Translations under genes and position numbers: made by a program | Source of the DNA: Octopus sinensis | Taxonomy: Eukaryota | Length of the DNA: 28,834 nt | Direction: 5' to 3' | NCBI RefSeq assembly: GCF_006345805.1 | Contig: NW_021827593.1 | Span: 1-28,834, forward strand | In this document: positions 1-10,279 of the stretch, one piece after another | Position numbering within the stretch: position 1 is the first letter of the stretch | Layout: the number at the start of each line of letters is the position of its first letter | The notes under the pieces: generated by a model | Told to the model about the DNA's origin: nothing | Database searches by the model: none | Seen by the model: the letters and a program-made list of their open reading frames with translations, nothing else

Positions 1-118
1 AGGACGAAAGTCAAAATCGATCTCGGCGGAATTTGAACTCAAAAACTAGCGAGCGACTGGTGGAAGACGGCCAAGTATTTTGCCCGGCGTGTTAACGATT
101 CTGCCAGCTCACCGCCTT
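1..118 (-). mobile_element. SINE family B, 5' tRNA-derived head (cut by window edge)
   Basis: Reverse complement reads AAGGCGGTGAGCTGGCAGAATCGTTAAC...GAGTTCAAATTCCGCCGAG, matching the heads at 1712 and 6473; Pol III A- and B-box-like motifs. Confidence 0.85.
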
Positions 119-127
119 TATAATCAC

Positions 128-168
<41 letters not shown>

Positions 169-186
169 TAATAATAATAATAATGA
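119..186. repeat. (AAT)n microsatellite
   Basis: Direct reading; forms the 5' flank of the LINE fragment. Confidence 0.95.
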
Positions 187-649
187 TGTCCCAATCGATA
201 TAAACGTATCTGTCAAGACCTACCAGAAACTGAGCGAATATAAAGATCTTGAAATAGAAATCAGCAAGATATGGAACTTGACAACTAAAACAATACCTGT
301 TGTCATAGGTGCCCTGGGAATGATAGCAAAAGGGGCTGATTGCTACCTAACTCAGATACCAGGAAACCCAAAAATGGCAGAAATTCAAAAGATAGTGCTC
401 ATGGGAACTGCTCATATCCTACGCAAAATACTTTCTTTGTAATCTCAAGTTTTAAAACAAACATAATTTTCGTATGTTTTTTTAGGCATTCACTAGTACA
501 ACTCTAAGTACAAAACCAAATATATGGTACCCTAAGCATAACATCAACACGAACTTCCAACTTGTTGTCTCTTGAGGTCTCTGGGTGAGACTTGGAGACA
601 ACTTGTACAAATGTAAAGCAAAAGTCAAACATAGAATAATGATAATAAT
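187..649 (+). mobile_element. 5'-truncated R4/Dong-type non-LTR retrotransposon: end of RLE domain plus 3' UTR
   Basis: Translation VPIDINVSVKTYQKLSEYKDLEIEISKIWNLTTKTIPVVIGALG...IQKIVLMGTAHILRKILSL* (stop 440-442) shows the K..Y.DL, PVVIGALG and GTA.ILRK.L motifs of the R4/Dong ORF C-terminus. UTR hairpin GTCTC-TGGGT-GAGAC; ends in AATAATGATAATAAT. The N-terminus of ORF 80..442 is only SINE plus poly-N repeat. Confidence 0.85.
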
Positions 650-1122
650 CACTTATAAAATGTTAAAAGTCTATACGCAATGCTTGATTAAAAAACACAG
701 ACAAGGGACAGGGTGGTAACAGCTGGGGCGTTTTTTATGTGGAGTAAACAACAACATTAAGCCACTCCTTCAGTAATTTTTAGACATTACACCATTATAG
801 TTCCACAATGTTCTAACTTTTTAAAATATATTTTAAAAAAATATATATCCATTTTTTTTCATGTAGTTTTGTTTATCAATTACATTCGTTGAATTTAATT
901 ATTTTCATTTGAACAATCCTATCTTAATTATCAACTAATTAGGAATTAATTGTTTTTTTTTCTATTCTGTTTTTTTCTTTGTTTTTTTTTCCCCTCTTCT
1001 GTGCCATACACCAATCTCTCGCAGACCATCAACCAACTCAGTTTATTCCAGACATCTATGTATTCACTTGTGAAAATTTTAATTCAGCCATCATTAGAAT
1101 TGATGAAAAAAAAAGAAAAAAA

Positions 1123-1528
1123 GGCGCAGGAGTGGTTGTGTAGTAAGTAGCTTGTTAACCAATCACATGGTTCCGGGTTCAGTCCCACTGCGTGGCATCG
1201 TGGGCATGTTTTCTACTATAGCCTCGGGCCGACCAAAGCCTTGTGAGTGGATTTGGTAGACGGAAACTGAAAGAAGCCTGTCGTATATATGTATATATAT
1301 ATATGATGTATGTGTATATGTTTGTGTGTCTGTGTTTGTCCCTCTAGCATTGCTTGACAACTGATGCTGGTGTGTTTACGTCCCCGTCACTAGCGGTTCG
1401 GCAAAAGAGACCGATAGAATAAGTACTGGGCTTTCAAAGAATAGGTCCTGGGGGTTGATTTGCTCGACTAAAGGCGGTGCTCCAGTATGGCCGCAGTCAA
1501 ATGACTGAAACAAGTAAAAGAGTAAGAG
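1123..1528 (+). mobile_element. SINE family A, full length
   Basis: tRNA-like head (A box TGGTTGTGTAG, B box GGTTCAGTCCC), CORE-like TGGGCA(A)GTGTCTT, internal (TA)/(TG) microsatellite, 3' end CAAATGACTGAAACAAGTAAAAGAG; about 10 homologues in this window. Confidence 0.9.
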
Positions 1529-1604
1529 ACTGGTTGATAAAGTGCCAGTCATTCGTTGATGCTGACATTGACATTGTTGTCAATCCCCTGTCAGGTGGAT
1601 CTAA

Positions 1605-2086
1605 TATTGGCTTGGGACGAGTCCAACAATTTCGAGGAAAGGGGATAAACCGATTACATCGACCCCCCCCCCCCACCATCACCATCAGTGCTCAACTGGT
1701 ACTTAATTTATAAGGCGGCGTGCTGGCAGAAACGTTAGCACGCCGGGCGAAATTCGTAGCCGTATTTCGTCTGCCGTTACGTTCTGAGTTCAAATTCCGC
1801 CGAGGTCGACTTTGCCTTTCATCCTTTCCGGGTCGATAAATTAAGTACTAGTAACGCACTGGAGTCGATGTAATCGACTTAATCCGTTTGTCTGTCATTG
1901 TTTGTCCTCTCTGTGTTTTGCCCCTTGTGGGTAGTAAAGAAATAGGTACTTAATTTATCGACCCCAGATGGATGGAATGCCAAGTCGACTTCGTCGGTGG
2001 GATTTGAACTTGGAACGTAAAGGCAGTCGAAATACCGCTGAACATTTTGTTCGGCGTGCTAACGAGTCTGCCAGTTCGTTGCCTTG
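1605..2086 (-). mobile_element. Older SINE family B copy (alternative tail), split by a younger B insertion
   Basis: Head at 2086-1990 and body at 1985-1945 continue at 1711-1650 once 1712-1944 and one TSD copy are removed. Confidence 0.75.
1712..1944 (+). mobile_element. SINE family B, full length, with 14-bp TSD
   Basis: AAGGCGGCGTGCTGGCAGAAACGTTAG head, B box GAGTTCAAATTCC, central GCCTTTCATCCTTTCCGGGTCGATAAATTAAGTAC (Nin/Deu-domain-like), tail ...GTAAAGAAATA. TSD GGTACTTAATTTAT at 1698-1711 and 1945-1958. Confidence 0.92.
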
Positions 2087-2087
2087 T

Positions 2088-2173
2088 ATAATGATGATGA
2101 TGATAATAATAATAATAATAATAATGATAATAATAATAATAATAATAATGATAATAATAATAATAATAATAAT
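2088..2173. repeat. (AAT/GAT)n microsatellite
   Basis: Direct reading. Confidence 0.95.
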
Positions 2174-2369
2174 GAACGAACTAGTGAGTTTAGTTTAATG
2201 GCCTACCAATGTATACTATGAGTTTCTTTGCCCTAGGAGTGGGGAAGACACTCGGCAAGAAATGGAAGCAAATTTGAAAGAAGAAGAAAAACCAATAATA
2301 ATAATAATAATAATGATTATTATTATTATTTCAATTTTTTGTCACGAGAGCAGCTTGGGTGAGGTCAAT

Positions 2370-2750
2370 ATCAGCATCACTATCAACATCATCGCCACCA
2401 CCACCACCACCACCACCACAAATCACGAACATCAACTACAATCACAAAAACCGTCACTATCATCATCACCGCCACCATCATTACCATCACCCCCACCACC
2501 ACCATCAATATTAACATCACAATCACCATCGTCGACCCCTTCACCTACCATTACCTATCATTGTCCTTCCCCACCCCATCATCATCGTTATCACATTCCC
2601 TATCACCACCACCATCTTCATCGCCCCCTTCCCCGCCGTTATCACCACTGAGTCATCAACATCAACGTCATCATCAACATCACCACCAACATAATATATA
2701 TGTCACAAACTATAGACAACACACAACAAATTCATGCCCACCACCACCAA
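2370..2750. repeat. (CAC/CAT)n-rich low-complexity tract
   Basis: Degenerate triplet repeats; source of the Pro/Ser/His-rich pseudo-ORFs. Confidence 0.85.
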
Positions 2751-3410
2751 TGCCTCTCCCGAAGTCAACGAATGATTGGTCCTGAGTTGGCGGAAACGGA
2801 AATTAATCGCCTGTTGAAATGTTTTTCTTTGTTGAAAGTTGACCGGAAGTTGATGAGATACCGAAAAACAAAAAAAATACAAAACAAAAAAAATGACCAA
2901 AAACAAAAGAAAACACAAAAACAACAATCACGAAAAAGTCTGGACTTTGACCACCACAAAGGAAATTAAACAAACAAATATTAACGAAGAAAAGAAACAA
3001 AGATGAAGAAAAGCAATGTTGTTGAAGAATTTTTCCAAGATTATGTCGGGTCTTTGACTGTAGACGTCAATCAGAAAATTCGCTCTCAGACGATAGATAA
3101 CCTTCATAACATTACGGTTATATCTGGTGGCCAATGCTGAAGAAATATTGGTCTGGAGCTTTGGAGGTAGTTAGGCTACACATTCCTGTTATTCGCAAAC
3201 GTAAGAATATCGCTTTGCAGACAATAATTTTGACTTTGGCTCGCGCATATATATATAAATACATACATACACATACATACATAAATCTATCTATATCTAT
3301 ATATGTTTACCTATATATATCTGACTAAATATATATCTATCTATCTATATATATACCTATTTCTATCTTTTTTGTTGTTGTTATTATTATTATTATTATA
3401 AATTATTATT

Positions 3411-3741
3411 AAGGTGCCGAGGTCGACTTTTCCTTTCATCCTTTCCGGGTCGATTAGATAATTACTAGTTTCGCACTGGGGTCGATATAATCGACTTAAT
3501 CCGTCTGTCTGTCCTTGTTTGTCACCTCTATGTTTAGCCCCTTGTGGGTAGTGAAGAATTAGGTATTTCGTCTGCCGCTACGTTCTGAGTTCAAATTCCG
3601 CCGAAGTCAACTTTGCCTTTCATCCCTTCGGGGTCGATTAAATAAGTACCAGTTACGCACTGGGGTCGATGTAATCGACTGTTCCCGTCCCCCACCCCAA
3701 TTTCAGACCTTATGCCCTTAGTAGAAACAGTTACTATTATT
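3411..3741 (+). mobile_element. SINE family B chimeric dimer (head deleted; body-tail 1-body-tail 2)
   Basis: Tail 1 joins GGTATTTCGTCTGCCG at 3562; the second unit ends ...CCTTATGCCCTTAGTAGAAACAGTTACTATTAT; preceded by (TTA)n. Confidence 0.85.
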
Positions 3742-4054
3742 TCTCTAAATCGTTATCACGACACACGCAGCGCCAGACTCAAATACTGCATTTGCTCGCT
3801 CCTCATGTCTGCACGACGATCAACATCATCATCATCATCATCATGACCACCGCCGACAGTAGTAACACAGTGACCTTCTCTCCTTTGCAGCTACTATAAT
3901 TGTTGCCATCATTACCAGCATCATCATCATCATCGGCAACGATCGTCAACGTCATTGATTCTTCTGAGTAACGACATCTGCACGGAATATCTATCAAGTT
4001 AGTGACCGGAAAAAATTGCCCTCTGCGTAAGTCATACAACACATACATCACTAA

Positions 4055-4213
4055 TTATATATATATATAGATATATATATATAATATATATATAGCACAC
4101 ATACATATATATACAGACATTATAAGCATACATATATGCATACACATACATATATACATATACACACACAATATATATATATCATACACACACACACACA
4201 CATATATATACAT

Positions 4214-4250
<37 letters not shown>

Positions 4251-4827
4251 CATACACACACTCACATATATACATACACACACATATATACATACACACA
4301 CATATATAAACATACACACACACATATATACATACACATATATATACATACATACACACATATATATATACATACATACACACACACATATATATACACA
4401 CACACACATATATATACATACACACACACACACACATATATACATACACACACATATATAAACATACACACACACACGCATATATATACATACACGCACA
4501 CACATACATACACACACACATTTATATATACATACATTCACATACATATATATACACACATACATATACACACACATACATGTATATGTACACACACATA
4601 TATACATATATATACACACACACACACATACATATATATGCACACACAGAGCACGTAAAGATATATATACATACATACACGTGCACATATATGAAACATA
4701 ATTGCAAATGCGTACCTATAGATCAACATAACTGTGCGTACATAAATACACACACACACGTGTATATTTAAATACACACACGTCCAATCCTATCAACACT
4801 TACAGCCACACGCATTCCCTACATAAT

Positions 4828-4859
<32 letters not shown>

Positions 4860-4895
4860 ACACACACACACACCTTCATACTCTCAAACTCACAC
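4055..4895. repeat. Compound (AC)/(AT)/(ATAC)n microsatellite field
   Basis: Direct reading. Confidence 0.97.
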
Positions 4896-5207
4896 ACAAA
4901 TTCTTGCCTTACTAGATTACCAATAAAATTTTGTAGCAAATCCTTGGAGCATTTCTTCCTCTCTCGCTTCTTTTTTCCTCCCTCTCTCCCCCTTATTCTC
5001 CATCTCATTCCAGCAAAGGTATTTCTTAAGCCTGGCACAGCAGGAATGTGTTCTTGCTCTACATCAGGTTCGCCATTCCATATCGATCTGTACCGATCAG
5101 GAGATTACATACTACACGGCTATAAAATAGATATCGATTTGAGTAGGATAACAACACGCTCGGAACTCGGACTTGCAGACACTAAACTTCGAACGCATAA
5201 ATGCCTA

Positions 5208-5291
5208 TAATAATAATAATAATAATAATAAAAATAAAAGTATAATAATAATAATAATAAATAATAATAGATGATAATAAAAATAAAAGTA

Positions 5292-5336
<45 letters not shown>

Positions 5337-5395
5337 TAAAATAAAAGTAATAATAATAATATAATAATAATATAATAATAATAATAAAAATAAAA

Positions 5396-5428
<33 letters not shown>

Positions 5429-5452
5429 TATAAAATAATAAAAATAAAAGTA

Positions 5453-5488
<36 letters not shown>

Positions 5489-5496
5489 TAAAAGTA

Positions 5497-5529
<33 letters not shown>
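5208..5529. repeat. (AAT)n array with higher-order ~50-bp periodicity
   Basis: AAAATAAAAGT recurs six times, at about 5231, 5281, 5338, 5387, 5441 and 5485. Confidence 0.9.
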
Positions 5530-5530
<1 letters not shown>

Positions 5531-5698
5531 AGGCAGTGGCTCTCGTGGCTTCTGATCTTAACTGATTGGAAGTGTTATCATGTACATTGTTTTGTCTTGG
5601 TATAAAAGATGGGCTACAGCAAATATTCTGCTCAATACCACAGTTCCGTTGATCGTATCAGCTGGAACACTTGTCGTCGTAACTGACAGTTTGCTCCA
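5530..5698. mobile_element. Fused fragments of interspersed repeats; 5645-5698 resembles a SINE 3' end
   Basis: Recognised from memory of octopus repeats only; no second copy in the window. Confidence 0.4.
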
Positions 5699-5721
5699 TT
5701 TATATATATATATATATATAT

Positions 5722-5928
5722 AGTTAATCCAAACATGAAAACACAAAAAAACACAACAACGCGAGGACGTGGAACAAGTATAGTATTATTGGACGCTGAG
5801 GAAAGAAGGGAAGAAGGAGGGTTTAGCGTTTCGAGCGGAGCTCTTCGTCTGAAACATAGGAGAAGGAAAGATCCAGAGAAGGGAAGACAGAGGAAAAATA
5901 TCGCCAACGGTACACACGAGGTCACACT
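5722..5928 (-). mobile_element. Penelope-like terminal (pLTR) fragment with degenerate hammerhead
   Basis: Minus strand GTTT-CAGACGA-A-GAGC TCC GCTC-GAAA-CG-CT-AAAC (5855-5821); abuts (TA)n; similar layout to 16495-16683. Confidence 0.6.
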
Positions 5929-5955
5929 CAAAATAAGCAACAAGAATGACTCCGG

Positions 5956-6048
5956 TAATTTGGTACGATCGTTTCGTACTACTTCATTTTATTAAATGTT
6001 GTAAGTATTACAACAGTTTTAAAATGCTGAGCACTCATCAGCCAATTA
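5956..6048 (-). ncRNA. Minimal type I hammerhead ribozyme, intact core
   Basis: Minus strand TTGG-CTGATGA-GTGCT...AGTAC-GAAA-CGATCG-TA-CCAA: helices I and II pair, palindromic helix III, GUA cleavage triplet. Confidence 0.85.
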
Positions 6049-6472
6049 TAGAGGTTTTCCATTAATACAAAAATGTTCATATCAAGTGGCAACATTATAG
6101 AGAAGGTAGATACACAGACAAAGATGTGGATTTAAATTTTAAGAACATTTGAGGTAGTGGAGCCCATCAACTGACTGACTAAGATATATATATATATATA
6201 ATCTGACAAGATGAGGCAACCATCACAAGTGTATGTGTGTGTGTGTTTTTGTCTGCCTGTCTTCAAAGTTCTCTCATTTCACAACGAATGTTCACCAGCA
6301 TTTGTAAACAAATCCTAAACTTCAAATTCTGTGGAATAACGCATGAAGAAAAAAAACCCCAAAATCCAGCTAGTGTGGTTCCTAGGTATAAAACAAAGGG
6401 ATGGAATTTCAGAAAAGGGATTTTGAAATACTGATAGTTACAATGGAGTGGTAAATCTCTTTATATATATAT

Positions 6473-6707
6473 AAGGTGGCGAGCTGGAAGAAACGTTAGC
6501 ACGCCGGGCGAAATGCGTAGCCGTATTTCGTCTGCCGTTACGTTTTGGGTTCAAATTCTGCCGAGGTCGACTTTGCCTGTCATCCTTTCAGGGTCGATAA
6601 ATTAAGTACCAGTTACGCACTGTGGTCGATGTAATCGACTTAATCCGTTTGTCTGTCCTTGTTTGTCCCCTCTGTATTTAGCCCCTTGTGGGTAGTAAAA
6701 AGAAATA
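6473..6707 (+). mobile_element. SINE family B, full length, inserted in (TA)n
   Basis: Collinear with 1712-1944; (TA)n on both sides. Confidence 0.92.
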
Positions 6708-6708
6708 A

Positions 6709-6742
<34 letters not shown>

Positions 6743-7291
6743 ATATATATAATTAGAAAAAAGCCACCTTTTATCAATTCACCATTTAGAAAAAAATTAC
6801 ATCTTATAGAAAAATAAATAAAAGATAAAAAACACATACCAATGATTAAGTAATGTGCAAAATAATAAATAAAACGTATATATTTTTCCCTGTAAGTTTG
6901 GAATAATATTCCCTCATATTATTACTATTATTATATATATATAAATAATTCCATCCTTTCTATGAAGTCTGTCTCCTACTCACAACACACGTTTTCGCGA
7001 CATTCTACAGACAATATATGTTACAACGGTGAAGCTATTAAAATTCTTCATTTAAAAACCACATCTTCGATATCCTAATATGCGTATGTCAATATTGCTG
7101 ATATGGTTTATTGATTGGTGTAGCTTAGGTGTTCTGGAGATCGAAGTCTCATAAAACGAAGCAACACACATCTGTTGGTTTGATTCGAGTGGAACACAGG
7201 GTATAACTGCATCGCCTTCCTTTATATTCCTGGTGAGAAAAATGGTACCAATAACATGTAGCAGACACTAATAAACCGTTTGCATCGCGCA

Positions 7292-7681
7292 CTTCTTTTA
7301 TTTGTTTCAGTCGTTTGACCGCGGCCATGCTGGAGCATCGCCTTGGCTGGTTTTTAGTCGAACAAATCGACCCCCAGGATTTTTCATTTTCTAAAATCTA
7401 GTATTTATTTTATCGGGCTCTTTTGCCGAACCGCTATGTTACGGGGACGTAAACACACCAACAATCGGTCGCTAAGTGGTGATGGGGGGAGTGGGACAAA
7501 CAGAGACACAAACACACACACAAATATATACATAGTTTCCGTCTACCAAATCCACTCACAAGGCATTGGTCGACCCGAGGCTTTAGTGGAAGACACTTGC
7601 CGAAGGTGTCACGCAGTGGGACTGAACTCAGAACCATGTGGTTGGGAAGCTAGCTTCTTATCACACAGCCAGGCCTGCGCC
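7292..7681 (-). mobile_element. SINE family A
   Basis: Reverse-complement homology to 1123-1528. Confidence 0.88.
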
Positions 7682-7761
7682 ATTGTATAACTGCGCTAAA
7701 TGTGAATTAGTCAACAGCATTATTGGGCCCCTTTGTATTTAGCCCAAGTCTGTCTGACGGT

Positions 7762-7960
7762 GAAGGCGCGTGGACAAGTGGTTAGGTGTGTTGTGCTCCT
7801 AATCGTAAGATTGTGGTTTCGATTTCAAGGCCGGGTAAAACACTTCATTTCATGCTGCTCCAATCCACTGAGTTCCACCAATAGCGGGGTAGCCAACCTT
7901 GCGACAGACTGGCCTCCTAGTCACAGAGCGCCGGAGTGCTGCAACTTAGAAATCAGGGTC
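7762..7960 (+). mobile_element. Old SINE related to family C, with CORE-like segment
   Basis: Head GAAGGCGCGTGGACAAGTGGTTAGG and B box GGTTTCGATTTC match 9138-9210; AAACACTTCATTTCATGCTGCTCCAATCCACT is CORE-like; TGCGACAGACTGGCCTCC resembles 9342-9360. Confidence 0.65.
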
Positions 7961-8665
7961 TAATGCCACACACTTAGGGCATGTCTCAGGGTTCCATGAC
8001 TGTTTAACATTATAGGTTATAGGTTTTTAAATTCTCCAATCAAAATCAATAATAAAATAATAAAAAAAAAAACACACGACAAAAAATATAATTCTTTATA
8101 ATCAAGCCAGAAATCTTCATTCTTATAGATTACTAGCAGTATCGCCCGGCGTTGCTCAGGTTTGTAAGGGAAATAACTATAAAGCATTTTTAGAGAGTTA
8201 TAGCCAAAAAATAGCAAAAAAATGGAAAAAAATTATGGTAAAATTTTTTTGAGAGTAAAAAAAGTTGGAGTTTGCGGTTTGTGTTTCTGATTCTCGACCC
8301 ATGTCGAATTTATCGATTTTTTTCAGAACTGGGGAAACTTTTCAAAATTTTCGCTGCGTTAGTTTTGAATTATGACATTGGGCTATGTGTGTGTCAAGTT
8401 TCATCAGAATCGGTTGAAAGCCGTGGTCAGGGTGAGGGTACGAGAAAACAGACACACAGACACACGCACAGACAAACTGCCGTTTATATAGAGAGAGATG
8501 GTCAATGTTTTGATTACTCCAATACCAAAATACTTATACGTAGAAAATACTTATTAGGAAAAGAACCCTAGGATTACAATAAATGTATACGACATGTGAC
8601 CTTTGGAGGGTTTATGGGTCCAAGAGCTGATGCTCAAGACATGCCCTAAGTGTGTGGCATTAGAC
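7958..8665. mobile_element. Non-autonomous TIR DNA transposon (MITE) hosting a Helitron
   Basis: Perfect 29-bp inverted repeat GTCTAATGCCACACACTTAGGGCATGTCT at 7958-7986 and 8637-8665; no clear TSD. Confidence 0.8.
8133..8498 (-). mobile_element. Non-autonomous Helitron, 366 bp
   Basis: Minus strand A|TC...CTAG|T junctions without TSD; GC-rich subterminal hairpin CCTGAGCAACGCCGGG about 12 nt before the 3' end; TGTC-type repeats near the 5' end. Confidence 0.88.
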
Positions 8666-8721
8666 TAGAATTTCCAGTGAATTTTTAAAGAATTCTGCAG
8701 GATATTGAAGTATTTCGTTCT

Positions 8722-9107
8722 TATTTCTTTACTGTCCACAAGGGGCTACATACAGAGGGGACAAACAAGGACAGACAAACAGATTAAGTCGATTATATTA
8801 ACTCCAGTGCGTAACTGGTACTTAATTTATTGTCCCCGAAAGGATGAAAGGCAAAGTCGACCTCGGCGGAATTTGAACTCAGAACGTAACGGCAGACGAA
8901 ATACCTATTTCTTTACTACACCTAAGGAAAGAGAATCGGATTAAGTCGATTATATCGACCCCAATGCGTAACTGGTACTTAATTTATCGACCCCGAAGGG
9001 ATGAAAGGCAAAGTAGACCTCGGCGGAATTTGAACTTAGAACTAGCGGCGGACGAAATACCACAAAGCATTTCGACCGGCGTGCTAACGTTTGTGCCAGC
9101 TCGCCGC
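8722..9107 (-). mobile_element. SINE family B dimer
   Basis: Head at 9107, body, shortened tail, junction to GGTATTTCG at 8905|8906, second body and full tail. Confidence 0.9.
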
Positions 9108-9135
9108 TGATGCACCATAGTATCTATTGATTTGT

Positions 9136-9456
9136 GTGGAGGCGCAATGGCCCAGTGGTTAGGGCAGCGAACTCGCGGTCGGAGGATCGCGGTTTCGATT
9201 CCCAGACCGGGCGTTGTGTGTGTTTATTGAGCGAAAACACCCAAAGCTCCACGAGGCTCCGGCAGGGGGTGGTGGCGACCCTTGTTGTACTCTTTCGCCC
9301 CAACTTTCTCTCACTCTTTCTTCCTGTTTCTTGAGTAACGCTGCGATGGACTGGCGTCCCGTCCAGCTGGGGAGAAACACACACGCCATTAAAAACCAGG
9401 AAACCGGGCCTGTGAGCCTGGTTAGGCTTGAAAAGGGTGTATAAAAATATTAAAAA
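9136..9456 (+). mobile_element. SINE family C, full length, with 14-bp TSD
   Basis: tRNA-like head (A box TGGCCCAGTGG, B box GGTTTCGATTCCC; probably tRNA-Arg-related), 3' part TGCGATGGACTGGCGTCCCGTCCAG, A-rich tail. TSD ATCTATTGATTTGT at 9122-9135 and 9457-9470. Confidence 0.92.
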
Positions 9457-10279
9457 ATCTATTGATTTGTAGCAAGAAATATTCCCTGAAAATCTCTTGA
9501 TGCCGTCGAGCTTAACATTACTAGTTTTGTACAACCACTTTCGAAGTAGTTAATCGTGTTTCAAGTAAAGGATAATCTTTGATATTAGTTTATTTTCTGT
9601 GTTAATGACTTATGGAAACCAGATTCACGGCGCCATTACTGCTGGAAGGAAATGGTCTCATTTCAGCAAGTGATTTTTTCTTTTCTTTTTTTTTTTTTAG
9701 TAAAAATGACAAGACAGCTGGTTTCCAAAAATATTGATTTATGTCTGTAGACAGTTATAGGCAAAAATTTGGTCGAAACCAGCACCGATTTGAAGCAAGT
9801 GTAGATTTTATCTACAGTCCATAGGCATATATTCAAACAAGTCGTGCGATATTTACTGTGGTGCCCTTCGAGGTCTCTCTCGAGCCATTAAGCATTCATC
9901 TCAAACAGTCTTTTCCTTATCTATTAAGAACTTATCCGCTTCCTGAATTCCTGGTAATTTTATTAAAAGGTGTATTTTTTGTACCAAACTGCAAGATGAC
10001 TTTGCAAGTCGAATGTGTTGCATAACTCCTAGGGAAGAGTGCGGCAGAAGTCCCTAACGCAACAATTACAATAGCCAGGCGTTTTTTGTTAATAGACTCT
10101 AGCAAGGAGAACATTGATCTGGTATGGCTTTCCATCATAAATACCACGGAAACAAATCCAATTTTTTATCGCCAAACCATAGCAAAAACAGTAAAATGTA
10201 CTGTCCTCTTGTGTGCAGCAAGTTTAGGTTCATTGTCAAGCGTACACGATGGGTATTTCGAAATTTTCGTCACTATATT

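Noticed and set aside
80-442. 120-aa ORF as a host gene
   Set aside because: Chimera of antisense SINE, (AAT)n and a LINE ORF end; non-ATG start.
2262-2785. Pro/Ser/His-rich extensin-like ORFs
   Set aside because: Translation of CAC/CAT triplet low-complexity DNA; no domain or splice evidence.
3135-3210. CTGAAGA as another hammerhead
   Set aside because: No GAAA box in register and no helix I pairing.
4055-4777. Cys/Val/Tyr- and His/Thr-rich ORFs here and at 14248-15489, 20555-20867 and 24801-25668
   Set aside because: Dinucleotide microsatellites lack stop codons; not coding.
8395-8415. Minus-strand CTGATGA inside the Helitron
   Set aside because: No matching GAAA, helix III or helix I.
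9136-9215. tRNA gene (also the heads of families A and B)
   Set aside because: A and B boxes are present, but there is no proper acceptor stem and the sequence continues into a SINE body with tail and TSD.
9480-10270. Decayed Harbinger-like transposase (LRTYP, KRCIF...QVEC)
   Set aside because: Only short motif resemblances in different frames; needs a translated profile search.
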